A DNA stretch of 64,000 bases from Verrucomicrobiia bacterium (GTDB taxonomy: Bacteria > Verrucomicrobiota > Verrucomicrobiia > Verrucomicrobiales > DEV007). The position numbers and the translations under genes were made by a program. Below, one piece after another: positions 9,418 to 19,077 of the stretch (the stretch's first letter is position 1; every line of letters begins with the position of its first letter). The stretch covers positions 1 through 64,000 of the forward strand of contig JAUICH010000019.1 of assembly GCA_030427505.1 (NCBI GenBank). Reading direction: 5' to 3'. The notes beneath the pieces were generated by a model. That model saw only the letters and a program-made list of their open reading frames with translations. It did no database searches and was not told the DNA's origin.

Positions 9418-11430
9418 ATGGACGCTCCCTTCATCGTCAAAGCCGTCGTAGCCGGCGTCGGCCTGGCGTTTTTCATCCTGGTCACCGTGGTGGTGATCTA
9501 TGCGAAACTCCTTCACAAGGTCAAAAAAGGCACCGCGCTGGTCCGAACCGGACAGGGTGGCACCAAGGTGGCCTTCGACCGCATGATGGTCGTGCCCGTG
9601 GTGCACCGCGTGGAGGCCATTGATATCTCCGTCAAACGGATCGAGATCGACCGCAGCGGAGGCGGCGGCTTGATCTGCAAAGACAATATGCGCGCCGACA
9701 TCCGGGTGACCTTCTTCGTCAGGGTCAACAACGCGGCGGAAGATGTGCTGAAAGTCGCCGAGTCCATCGGCTGCGAACGCGCTTCCAGCGAGCAAGCGAT
9801 TCGCGAACTCTTTGACGCGAAGTTCTCGGAGGCCCTCAAGACCGTCGGCAAACGCTTTGAGTTCATTGAGCTCTATGAAGAGCGGGACACCTTCCGCGAC
9901 GAGATCATGAAGGTCATCGGCACGGACCTGAATGGTTTCGTGCTGGACGACGCAGCCATCGACCACCTGGAGCAAACGCCTATCGAGGCGCTCGATCCGG
10001 ACAACATTCTGGATGCCGAGGGTATCAAGAAGATCACCGAACTGACCGCACGCCAAGCCAAGCTGGCCAACGAAATTCAGCGGGACAAAGAAAAGGTCAT
10101 CAAGCAACAGGACGTGTTGGCCCGCGAGGCCATCCTGGAACTCGAACGCCAGCAGGCCGAGGCGGAAGCCAAGCAGGCCCGCGAAGTTTCCGTCATCCGG
10201 TCCCGCGAAGAAGCGGAAGCCGCCAAGGTACACGAAGAGGAACGCCTGAAATCAGAGCGCGCCCGCATTGCCACGGAGGAAGAAGTGGAAGTCGCCACGC
10301 AGAACAAGGACCGCCAGGTCCTGGTGGCGCAGCGGAACAAGGAACGCACCGACGTGGTGGAACAAGAGCGCGTCCTGCGCGACCAGGAGTTGGAGTCCAT
10401 CGAGCGCGAGCGCGTGACCCAACTCAAGTCCATCGAGAAAGAGAAAGCCGTCGAAGTTGAAAAGAAGAACATCCAGGACGTCATCAAAGAACGCGTCATG
10501 GTGGAAAAGACTGTAGTCGAAGAACAGCAGAAGATCCTCGACACCGAAGCCTACGCGCAGGCCGAGCGGCAGAAGAAAGTGGCCATCACTCTGGCCGAGA
10601 AAGAAGCCCAGGAATCCCTGGTGAAGAAAATCAAGGAAGCGGAAGCCGCCAAGGAAGCCGCCCAACTGGCCGCGGATCAGGCGCTCTACGACCGGGTGCG
10701 CAAGGCGGAAGCCGACAAGCAGGCCGCCGAACTGCACGCGGAAGAAGTCGTCGTGGCCGCGGAGGCGGAGCAGTCCGCCGCCGAGAAGCAGTCCGCCGCG
10801 AAGAAGATGCTGGCCGAAGGAGTGACCGCCGAATCCGCCGCGCCTGGCTTGGGCGAAGCCCAGGTCATCAGCGCCAAAGCGGACGCCGAAGCCACCGGCA
10901 TTACCGCCAAGGCGGAGGCCATGAAGAAGCTGGACGCCGTCGGCCGCGAACACGAAGAGTTCAAACTGGAACTCGAAAAAGAGAAAGCCGTCGAGCTGGC
11001 GCACATCAACGTGCAGGCGGACATCGCGGCGCGTCAGGCGGAAGTCGTCGGCGAAGCCCTCAAGCGCGCCAACATCGACATCGTGGGTGGCGAAACCACC
11101 TTCTTCGACCGCATCACCAACGCCATCACCACCGGCAAGGCCTTCGACCGCGCCGTGGAGAACAGCGCCACGCTGTCGGACATCAAGGAGACCTTCTTCA
11201 ATTCGGATCCGGACTACTTTAAGAGTCAGGTGCAGGCCTGGGTCGACCGCTTCGGCGTCAGTAGCGACGATCTGAAGAACCTCTCCATTGCGGCTTTGTT
11301 AGGCCGCATGGCGAAAGAGGCAAAGGACGACAAGACGCGGGGCGAAATCCGGTCTCTCCTCGGCGCCGCGGAACGTTTCGGGTTCGACGGCAACAACGCG
11401 GGCGATACCATCAAGCGTCTCACGTCTTGA
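9418..11430 (+). CDS. yqiK: Flotillin family SPFH/Band-7 protein (YqiK-like) with long coiled-coil region
   Basis: 670 aa. The N-terminal TM and SPFH domain (VRTGQGGTKVAFDRMMVVPVVHRVE…DAEGIKKITELTARQAKLANEIQRDKE) align well with my recollection of E. coli YqiK. Followed by an E/A/K-rich coiled coil. Confidence 0.85.
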   Translation: MDAPFIVKAVVAGVGLAFFILVTVVVIYAKLLHKVKKGTALVRTGQGGTKVAFDRMMVVPVVHRVEAIDISVKRIEIDRSGGGGLICKDNMRADIRVTFFVRVNNAAEDVLKVAESIGCERASSEQAIRELFDAKFSEALKTVGKRFEFIELYEERDTFRDEIMKVIGTDLNGFVLDDAAIDHLEQTPIEALDPDNILDAEGIKKITELTARQAKLANEIQRDKEKVIKQQDVLAREAILELERQQAEAEAKQAREVSVIRSREEAEAAKVHEEERLKSERARIATEEEVEVATQNKDRQVLVAQRNKERTDVVEQERVLRDQELESIERERVTQLKSIEKEKAVEVEKKNIQDVIKERVMVEKTVVEEQQKILDTEAYAQAERQKKVAITLAEKEAQESLVKKIKEAEAAKEAAQLAADQALYDRVRKAEADKQAAELHAEEVVVAAEAEQSAAEKQSAAKKMLAEGVTAESAAPGLGEAQVISAKADAEATGITAKAEAMKKLDAVGREHEEFKLELEKEKAVELAHINVQADIAARQAEVVGEALKRANIDIVGGETTFFDRITNAITTGKAFDRAVENSATLSDIKETFFNSDPDYFKSQVQAWVDRFGVSSDDLKNLSIAALLGRMAKEAKDDKTRGEIRSLLGAAERFGFDGNNAGDTIKRLTS

Positions 11431-11514
11431 AGGTTCCCCGGCTTCTTCCCCTAACGCCCATGTCCATGAAGAGAGTAAAGGCCAACCCTGGCTCTCTTCC
11501 CTCCGACCAATCCC

Positions 11515-14500
11515 GTGGCTGATAACACGACAGAATCGCCGGCAAAAGCCGGCCCGGAGACTGAAGCCAAGCCAGCCGGCCGGACTCCGTTGGAAGGCGG
11601 CGCTTACGAAATCATCCGCGCCCGCCTGGAAACGCACGGCGCGGACCTGCGCCAGCGGCTGACCGCCCTGAACACGGAGCGCCAGTCGGTCTTTGGCGCG
11701 GTGGAGCCCGCCCTCATCGCCACGGACCGCATCAGCACGCAGAACAGCTGCGTCCCACGGGACATCGTGGCGCTCGGCGGGAACCGTTTTCTTTTCGGCT
11801 ACAACGTCCACATCGGCTTGAAGTCCACCACGGATCTCAAGGACGTGTTCGGTGTCTATGAGTACGACGCTGAGGAGCACGCTTTCCGCGAAACGGATCT
11901 CGGTCTGTTGCGTTCGGGTGATTTCGAAAGCGATTTTGCTTACCTCTACAAGTACTACAAAGAGACCACCTTCGTTAAGTTCATGGTCATCGGACCGCAT
12001 CTCTACATGGCCTTCCGGGTGGGCCGGGCCGTGGAAGATGTGAAGACCTTCAAGTGGCTTCTCGGCGGCGGCGAACCTCAGTACCTTGGCAACCGTTCCG
12101 ATCACGAATACGTCTTTCCCCCGCAGCAGGAATTCGAATGGATACGCGCCCACCGGGGCATGCACCGGGCCGGGGTGCATCCACACGTTTCCATAGAAGA
12201 CCGCCTGTTCGTGGAAACCGTCGGCGGCGACCTGACCATCAAGATTGAGGACAACACCTCCTCCGGCGAAGGCATCTACGCGGAGGCCGTCACCAACAGC
12301 GACCAGACCCTGGATGACGCGGAGATTTTTTACGCCACCGTCGGCAGCCTGATCCTCCTGAAGATTCTTCCCTACCAAGAGAAACACTACCGTTACCTGG
12401 TCTACAACGAAAAGGTTAAGAAGGTCACCCGTATCGACTCCATCGCCACCTCCTGCGTGCTGTTGCCGGACGAACACGGGCTCATTTTTTCGGACGGTTA
12501 CTACCTTCAGACGGGCGAGCTGAAGCGTTTTGAAAGCGGCCTCCGCGACATGCTGTTCGAACGCCGCATCGCCTCCCCCAACGGCGAGGACTACCTCTAC
12601 GCTTTCTACAACCGGCGGGACGGCGTTTACATCCTGATGTCTTATAACGTCATCGACCAATCGGTTGAGACGCCCATCATCTGCAACGGCTACACCACCT
12701 TTCCGGACGGCGAACTGGTTTACTTCAAATCTGAAGATCAGCCGCAGAAACATCACACGCTCCAAGTCTGGCAGACGCCCTACATGCAGGGCGAATTTCG
12801 CGCCAGCGAACAGACGGATTCCTACCTCTACAAGGTGGGAAACCCGGACATCGTCCGCTGCATGGCGGAGTGTCACGAGGTGCTCAACCTCCTGGGCAAG
12901 GAAGATACCTACGCGGATCTCTACGTGGACCTGGCCCGAAAGTCGGGGGACATCGTGGACTCCTATTTCTGGGTCGGCGACGAGCGGGCGGGCAACCTGA
13001 AACCCGCCCTGTTGGAAATCCGTTCCGCCGCTCAGGCCGCCATCGCGGAATTCGACAAAGTGCAACGCCTGCGCCGATCCACGGCGGAGGAAACCACGCG
13101 CACGTCGGACAAAGCCCGGAAGTTGGTCGCCAAAGCCCGCAACACCCGGCCGGACGACATCCTCGGCTTTGTCGACAGCCTGGCTCAACTGCGCACGGTT
13201 CGCGGGGAGGTCATCTCGCTTAAAGACCTCCGCTACGCGGACACGGCGTCGATCGAACAGCTCGAAAAAGAGATCGCCGGCGCCACGGAAACAGTGTCGG
13301 AAAATTGCGTCACCTTCTTGCTCAAACCGGAAGCACTCGATCCCTACCAAAAGAAGGTCGAACAGTTGGGCAGTGAGATCGAACCGCTGGGTAAAGTCGC
13401 CGGCGCGGATGCCTTGGAGGAGCGGGTTGCCAAGGCGGGCAGCGAACTGGAGATGCTCATCGAAATCGTGGGCAACCTGAAGATCGCGGACGCCACTCAA
13501 ACCACTCAGATCATCGACGGCATTTCCGCCATCTACTCCGAGCTGAACAAGGTGCGGGTGGCGCTTAAGAACCGGAAGAAAGACCTCGCCCGCCAGGAAG
13601 GGGCCGCCGAGTTTGGCGCGCAGATGAAGCTCTTGAACCAGGCGGTCGTCAACTACCTGGAAATCTGTGACACGCCGGAGAAGTGCGAAGAATACCTCTC
13701 CAAGCTGATGATCCAGCTCGAAGAGCTGGAAGGCCGCTTCAGCGACTTCGACGAGTACCTGGAGCAAATCTCCGGGAAACGCGACGAACTCTACAACGCG
13801 TTTGAGGCCCGGAAGCTGACTCTCATCGAAGCCCGCGGCCGCCGGGCCACTTCCTTAGTCAAGTCAGGCGAGCGCATCCTGAATACCATTCGCCACCGCC
13901 TCGATGGTTTTGAAACCATTCCCGAGATCAATGGCTACATGGCTGGCGACCTGATGCTGGAGAAGGTCCGTAACCTCATCGGCCAGCTCAAGAACCTGGG
14001 CGACAGCGTCAAGGCGGACGATCTCCAGACGCGGCTCAAGACCATTCACGAAGACTCCGTCCGCCAGTTGAAGGACCGGAAAGAACTCTTCGTCGACGGG
14101 CGGAACGTCATTCAGTTCGGAAAGCACAAGTTCTCGGTTAACCACCAAGAACTTCAGCTTTCCATCGTCCCGCACGATGGCGAAATGTGCTTTCACCTGG
14201 CGGGGACAAACTTTTTCGAAGCGGTCCACGACGAAGCCTTTCTCGCCACCCGCGACGTTTGGGACCAGGAAACCGTTTCCGAAAACAGCGATGTCTATCG
14301 CGGCGAATATCTGGCCTGGCAGATTCTCAAGGAACTCACCACCGGCGCCGGCGGCGAGAACGGATTGGAAGGCGTAACCGCCGCTCAGTGGCTGGAACTG
14401 GCAGAACCGGAGCGGCTCGCACTCGTGCAGCGCTTTATGGCGCCGCGCTACCAGGAAGGCTACACCAAGGGTGTCCACGGTCACGACGCCACCCGGCTGC

Positions 14501-16761
14501 TCGACCGGCTGGTTTCGGTTCACCAGGCCGTGGGTCTGCTTCGCTTTGCTCCAGCGGACCGGGCGCTGGCCCTGCTCTTCTGGGCCCACTGGCCTGAGCA
14601 GGATGAGGAAAAGGGGCGCTTCGACCAAAAAGTTAAAGCCTATGGGCTGATGAGCGAAGCCTTCGGGCCCGGCGGCCACCAGGATACTTATGTTGAGTTT
14701 CTTCGCGACCGGCTGAGCACCTTTCACCGGGCCCATGGGGAAGTCTGCGCTCACCTCTCCGGGAGCGATCCCGGCGAAGCGGCTGAGTATCTTTTCCTTG
14801 AACTCCAGGACCACTCCCCGTTCGCGGTCTCTCCCGAGGCGTCCGCGCTCGTCGCACACCTTCGCCATGTCCTGACCTCCAAGCGCTTGGAGAAGCAATT
14901 CGCCGAAGCCCAGAGCGGTCTGGAGGGGCACCCGGTATCCGCCTACGAAATCGCCCGTGACTGGCTCAGCGGAGTTCTGTGCGAGCCGTTCTCCGGTCAG
15001 GAAAACGCCTCGGCCTCCGGCACCGCGCGGCAGTACCGCCGCTACATCGTGGAAGCCGCCGCGCACCTGGCCAAGGGAGGCTTCGAGCTGCTGGACGTCC
15101 GCCACGTGGAAACCACCGCGACCCTGGAAGGGCTGCTGGGCAGCCACGCCCGGATCGATAAAGAGGCTTACCAATTTGATTACCTGGATTTCACCCAGCG
15201 CCTCCGGCGTTTCGAACGCGACGTGGTCCCTCGCTTCCGTACCTGTCACGAACGGAAGACCCGGTTGGTCAGCGATCAGCGGAATTCGCTTCGCCTGGAT
15301 GAATTCAAGCCGCGGGTGATGAGTTCCTTTGTCCGCAACCGCTTGCTGGACCGCGTTTATCTGCCCCTGATTGGAGACAACCTCGCAAAACAGATGGGTA
15401 CTGCCGGAGACGACACCCGGACGGACCGCATGGGCCTGCTCCTGCTCATTTCCCCGCCCGGCTACGGCAAAACCACGCTCATGGAATACGTGGCGAACCG
15501 CCTGGGCGTGACCTTCATGAAGATCAACGGCCCCGCCATCGGTCACGACGTGAAGTCGCTCGATCCCGAGGACGCGCCGAACGCCAGCGCCCGCGAGGAA
15601 ATTCACAAGCTGAACCTGGCCCTCGAAATGGGGGACAACGTGATGATCTACCTGGATGACATCCAGCACTGTCATCCTGAGTTCCTTCAGAAATTCATTT
15701 CTCTTTGCGACGCACAGCGGAAGATCGAGGGCGTCTTTCGGGGCCGCCCGCGCACCTATGATCTGCGCGGAAAGAAGGTCTGCGTGGTCATGGCGGGAAA
15801 TCCCTATACCGAAAGCGGCGGTAAGTTCCAGATACCCGACATGCTCGCCAACCGGGCGGATACTTACAACCTGGGCGACATCCTCGGCGGCCACCAGGCG
15901 GACTTCGAAGCCAGCTACCTGGAAAACTGCCTGACCTCCAGCCCGGCGCTGAGCCGCCTGGCCAGCCGGAGCCAGGCGGATGTGTATGCCATCATGAAGA
16001 TCGCCGCGGGAAGTTCTCAGGAGGGTATCGACTTCGAAGGGAACTATTCCGTGGAGGAGATCGAGGAGATGACCGCCGTCATGAAGAAACTCATGCGCGT
16101 GCGCGATACCATCCTTCGCGTGAACTTGGAATACATCCGCTCCGCCGCCATGGAGGACGCCTACCGCACCGAGCCGCCTTTCAAGCTCCAGGGCTCCTAT
16201 CGGAACATGAACCGCATCGCCGAAAAGATCCTGCCCATCATGACGGACCAGGAAGTCGAGGCCGTGATTCTCGATCACTACGAAAACGAAGCCCAGACCC
16301 TCACCACCGGCGCGGAGGCGAATCTGCTCAAGTTCCGCGAACTGGAAAACCTGCTCACCGAAGAAGAAACCGCCCGCTGGGAGGAGATCCGGCGCCGCTT
16401 CGGCCGCAACCTGCTGATGGGCAGCGGCGGAAAGGACAACGATCCCGTCTCCCGCGTGGTCGGCACACTCGCCACCTTTGCCGATGGGCTCAGCCGCATC
16501 GAAGGCGTCATGAGCCGCGCCGTCGAACACCAGACTCAACCCGCCACCCTGGCGGACGTGACGGTGGAAAGATTGGAACAACTCATCGCCGGCCTGCGCG
16601 CCGTTCCGGTGGAAGTGGAGATCAAAGTTGTGCCCGTCCAGGAAGCACCTGACAGCGACCAGAAGTCAACATCCGCGAAAAAGAAAGCCTCAACGAAAAA
16701 AGCCTCTTCTTCCCCCGAACTTCCGGTGGACATCCAGTCCCGGACCGAGCAAAAGGAGTAG
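11515..16761 (+). CDS. Giant (1748 aa) uncharacterised protein: N-terminal globular region, extensive coiled coils, AAA+ ATPase domain near C-terminus, Lys-rich tail
   Basis: GTG start 85 nt after flotillin on the same strand. Walker A LLLISPPGYGKTTL at nt 15460-15477, Walker B VMIYLDDIQH around nt 15644-15670, downstream VCVVMAGNP…ANRADTY typical of MoxR/AAA_5-like cores. C-terminal KSTSAKKKASTKKASS tail. Confidence 0.8.
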   Translation: MADNTTESPAKAGPETEAKPAGRTPLEGGAYEIIRARLETHGADLRQRLTALNTERQSVFGAVEPALIATDRISTQNSCVPRDIVALGGNRFLFGYNVHIGLKSTTDLKDVFGVYEYDAEEHAFRETDLGLLRSGDFESDFAYLYKYYKETTFVKFMVIGPHLYMAFRVGRAVEDVKTFKWLLGGGEPQYLGNRSDHEYVFPPQQEFEWIRAHRGMHRAGVHPHVSIEDRLFVETVGGDLTIKIEDNTSSGEGIYAEAVTNSDQTLDDAEIFYATVGSLILLKILPYQEKHYRYLVYNEKVKKVTRIDSIATSCVLLPDEHGLIFSDGYYLQTGELKRFESGLRDMLFERRIASPNGEDYLYAFYNRRDGVYILMSYNVIDQSVETPIICNGYTTFPDGELVYFKSEDQPQKHHTLQVWQTPYMQGEFRASEQTDSYLYKVGNPDIVRCMAECHEVLNLLGKEDTYADLYVDLARKSGDIVDSYFWVGDERAGNLKPALLEIRSAAQAAIAEFDKVQRLRRSTAEETTRTSDKARKLVAKARNTRPDDILGFVDSLAQLRTVRGEVISLKDLRYADTASIEQLEKEIAGATETVSENCVTFLLKPEALDPYQKKVEQLGSEIEPLGKVAGADALEERVAKAGSELEMLIEIVGNLKIADATQTTQIIDGISAIYSELNKVRVALKNRKKDLARQEGAAEFGAQMKLLNQAVVNYLEICDTPEKCEEYLSKLMIQLEELEGRFSDFDEYLEQISGKRDELYNAFEARKLTLIEARGRRATSLVKSGERILNTIRHRLDGFETIPEINGYMAGDLMLEKVRNLIGQLKNLGDSVKADDLQTRLKTIHEDSVRQLKDRKELFVDGRNVIQFGKHKFSVNHQELQLSIVPHDGEMCFHLAGTNFFEAVHDEAFLATRDVWDQETVSENSDVYRGEYLAWQILKELTTGAGGENGLEGVTAAQWLELAEPERLALVQRFMAPRYQEGYTKGVHGHDATRLLDRLVSVHQAVGLLRFAPADRALALLFWAHWPEQDEEKGRFDQKVKAYGLMSEAFGPGGHQDTYVEFLRDRLSTFHRAHGEVCAHLSGSDPGEAAEYLFLELQDHSPFAVSPEASALVAHLRHVLTSKRLEKQFAEAQSGLEGHPVSAYEIARDWLSGVLCEPFSGQENASASGTARQYRRYIVEAAAHLAKGGFELLDVRHVETTATLEGLLGSHARIDKEAYQFDYLDFTQRLRRFERDVVPRFRTCHERKTRLVSDQRNSLRLDEFKPRVMSSFVRNRLLDRVYLPLIGDNLAKQMGTAGDDTRTDRMGLLLLISPPGYGKTTLMEYVANRLGVTFMKINGPAIGHDVKSLDPEDAPNASAREEIHKLNLALEMGDNVMIYLDDIQHCHPEFLQKFISLCDAQRKIEGVFRGRPRTYDLRGKKVCVVMAGNPYTESGGKFQIPDMLANRADTYNLGDILGGHQADFEASYLENCLTSSPALSRLASRSQADVYAIMKIAAGSSQEGIDFEGNYSVEEIEEMTAVMKKLMRVRDTILRVNLEYIRSAAMEDAYRTEPPFKLQGSYRNMNRIAEKILPIMTDQEVEAVILDHYENEAQTLTTGAEANLLKFRELENLLTEEETARWEEIRRRFGRNLLMGSGGKDNDPVSRVVGTLATFADGLSRIEGVMSRAVEHQTQPATLADVTVERLEQLIAGLRAVPVEVEIKVVPVQEAPDSDQKSTSAKKKASTKKASSSPELPVDIQSRTEQKE

Positions 16762-16805
16762 GCGGCGCCGCCAATGGCACACCGTCGCCTCTCGACTCGA
16801 CCGGC

Positions 16806-17987
16806 TCAGGATTCCGCGTTCACGGTCTCGATCCCACCGCAATCTTCGCAAACCGTAGCGGCGGCTTTCGTCCCATACACGGTCAGACACCGGGGACAAT
16901 AATGGGGGATCGCTCCTTCGGCGAAGTCATCTTTCTCGATAGACGGTGTCTTAACGATATCCCAATCCGATCGCCCGAGGAAAGCTTCCAAAGATGGCTT
17001 CACATATACAGTGTGAAAGAGGCTGGCGTTCTCCAGAGCTTTCCGGGCAGTTTCGCTCTGGCTGGGATCGAGAAGGAAGGGCACCGGATATTCCGCGTCC
17101 CTCCAGACGCTCGAGACGATCTCCCGCGCCTCTTCTTTCCGGCACAGCACCTTCGCCACGGCGGCGGGATGAGCGCTTCGCAGGAGGTCTCGCGACAGGG
17201 CATCCATGGAGCGGATGGCATGCTGTGGCAACGTGAGTGAAAGGAACGCATACTGCCAGCGTTCGCCTTTCAGGCCGGGGAAAAGACGCCGGTGCAAGAA
17301 GAAATACTCCAGGGTCACCTGCCACATCAGGGCCCAAGACACCACCAAAGCGTAAAAGAATGGCAGGCTGGCCCCGAAACGCCAATAGGCAAACGGCACG
17401 AACAGGAAGGTCGCTACGAATAGCAGACTATCGACGTAGCGCGGCCAGCGGGTGGCCCTCAATAACAGGGACATCCGGCGGCGCACTCTCGACGGATTCA
17501 GCGACCGCGCCACCAGCTTCTGGATGGCGTCGTGACGATCTGAAGCAGGTAAATCAACCAGCGTTCCCACGGTCTCTGCCGTCCAATGCGCCAAAAAGGG
17601 GTCCGGCATCTTCAGGACACGCTTCCGGTTAATCTCCAGCCAACGGCGGTCCGTGGTCACCGATTCTATCTCCTCCCAGGCGGCGAAAAACGCCGTCTGA
17701 TGAGGCCGCGGTCCCGGGTTGGAGCACGCCACGGTCAGAGTTCCCACTCCTTTTTCTGTCAACGAAACCGGAAACGGCTCGGCCACGAAGATCGAGCCCA
17801 GCGGCGGCAGCGGCATCGCCACGACCAGTCCGCCTTTTGCGGTTCCCGCCACGGGTATGGGCCGTTTGCGCGTCCAGTTCCGGTTGAATACGGAGAGGAA
17901 AGCCACGCCATGAGGCCCCAACCAGACCAAGCAATCGCTGACGTAGATCAGGATGAAAATGAACAGAAAAAGTTGCCCGTCAGACAT
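16806..17987 (-). CDS. Hypothetical multi-pass membrane protein with C-terminal zinc-ribbon-like CPRC…CEDC motif
   Basis: About 394 aa from internal ATG (MSDGQLFLFIF). Several hydrophobic helices. C-terminus HYCPRCLTVYGTKAAATVCEDCGG. Convergent with the giant ATPase gene. Confidence 0.4.
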   Translation of the reverse strand: MSDGQLFLFIFILIYVSDCLVWLGPHGVAFLSVFNRNWTRKRPIPVAGTAKGGLVVAMPLPPLGSIFVAEPFPVSLTEKGVGTLTVACSNPGPRPHQTAFFAAWEEIESVTTDRRWLEINRKRVLKMPDPFLAHWTAETVGTLVDLPASDRHDAIQKLVARSLNPSRVRRRMSLLLRATRWPRYVDSLLFVATFLFVPFAYWRFGASLPFFYALVVSWALMWQVTLEYFFLHRRLFPGLKGERWQYAFLSLTLPQHAIRSMDALSRDLLRSAHPAAVAKVLCRKEEAREIVSSVWRDAEYPVPFLLDPSQSETARKALENASLFHTVYVKPSLEAFLGRSDWDIVKTPSIEKDDFAEGAIPHYCPRCLTVYGTKAAATVCEDCGGIETVNAES

Positions 17988-18065
17988 GAAGTTAAGGGCT
18001 CGTTGACCAGAGGTGTCGTGGGTTGGCGAATCGGAATATGTCCCGCTACCAGCTTCATGCAAAAC

Positions 18066-18089
18066 CGCCGGACCCGAAGGTCCGGCGGC
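18066..18089 (-). terminator. Rho-independent terminator for the DUF2167-like gene
   Basis: Perfect 10-bp stem CCGCCGGACC-CGAA-GGTCCGGCGG, followed on the minus strand by TTTT. Confidence 0.5.
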
Positions 18090-18144
18090 AATGTTCAGAT
18101 TGTCAATTTTCGCGTGACTCTCGCCAAGTCACTCAGGGCCGACA

Positions 18145-19077
18145 CTATCGGCGGGTAAAGATTCGCTTCAGAAAGGCGCCTACCGCAACGACGCCCACCG
18201 CGACTAGCTTCCAGGCTTTGGCAAGAAACTTTCCGATCACCGCAAACAGACCAGCCTTGGCGGCCAAGGCCGCGCCACCACCTCCGATGAGCGCCAGCAG
18301 TCCGTATTTCGCAATCTTGTCCCCCTCTTTGTATTCCGCGTAGGTGTTACCTGGCTTGTAAGAAAATCCGGCAATCAGGTTCTGGTAGGTAGGAAGCAGC
18401 TCATCCAATTGGCCCGGATCGCAGACCAGGGTAGAGTCCATCACTCCGTGGCGGCCCAGGAGTTTGGTGTTGAAGTTCACCACCCGGTTTCCGTCCGCAT
18501 CTTGTAAGTCGAGAGCCCATTCCAGGTTATTGGTGGCTTCATTATAGTTGGGCTCAACCGCCCAACCCATGACGTACATTTCCTGAAGACCGTTCTCTCT
18601 CCGGTACTCGTTGGAAAGTTCCTGGTTCTCTTTTTTCTCCTTCAGAATTTTTGCGGGATTGATCTTATCTTTCTCGTCATCTTTTACGTAGCCGCTGTCT
18701 TCGAACCGGAAGAGAACGAACCAATTCAGATCCTCCGGGGCGATCACGCCGGTCTCGGTCTCCGAACTCGGGTTGCCGTAGATCTCCATCAGTTGGGCAG
18801 CGCCGTCTCCTTCCGTGAACCGGAAGCCCTGCGGGATCTTGATTTCCGCCCACTTGTCCAGGTCACCCACCCCCTGCCGCTTCCAGCCAAGATCTTCCAC
18901 CATCTTCATGAAGACCTGCTCCTGTTGCTCCGGAGTCAACTGGTCAAAGTCGGCCTCACTATCCGAATCCTGTGCAACCACTGAAAGAAACGAACACCAG
19001 AGCAGGGCAAATGCGGAGACACAGGGCAGCCATGCCCCTCTCCCTGCAAACCAATTGGACAGGCGTGTACAAGTCAT
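18145..19077 (-). CDS. DUF2167-like membrane-anchored protein
   Basis: 310 aa. N-terminal signal/anchor, acidic central region, C-terminal Gly/Ala-rich TM segment (LLALIGGGGAALAAKAGLFAVIG). Family assignment is from memory. Confidence 0.4.
   Translation of the reverse strand: MTCTRLSNWFAGRGAWLPCVSAFALLWCSFLSVVAQDSDSEADFDQLTPEQQEQVFMKMVEDLGWKRQGVGDLDKWAEIKIPQGFRFTEGDGAAQLMEIYGNPSSETETGVIAPEDLNWFVLFRFEDSGYVKDDEKDKINPAKILKEKKENQELSNEYRRENGLQEMYVMGWAVEPNYNEATNNLEWALDLQDADGNRVVNFNTKLLGRHGVMDSTLVCDPGQLDELLPTYQNLIAGFSYKPGNTYAEYKEGDKIAKYGLLALIGGGGAALAAKAGLFAVIGKFLAKAWKLVAVGVVAVGAFLKRIFTRR

Noticed and set aside
9130-11004. Minus-strand ORFs (367 aa, 250 aa, 155 aa, 112 aa) across the flotillin gene
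   Set aside because: They are antisense to the flotillin coding region. Highly repetitive Leu/Gly/Phe or Ser/Thr-rich translations reflect the GAA/GCC-rich coiled-coil region on the opposite strand.
11299-16581. Two very long minus-strand ORFs (822 aa and 905 aa) antisense to the giant ATPase gene
   Set aside because: They lie entirely inside the plus-strand 1748-aa gene, which carries clear Walker motifs. Their translations are low-complexity and Arg/Gly/Ala/Val-rich with no motifs, the typical antisense artefact of high-GC DNA.
16762-16805. GGCGGCGCCGCC palindrome between convergent genes as an intrinsic terminator
   Set aside because: A 12-nt perfect palindrome with no loop and no flanking T-run is unlikely to act as a Rho-independent terminator.
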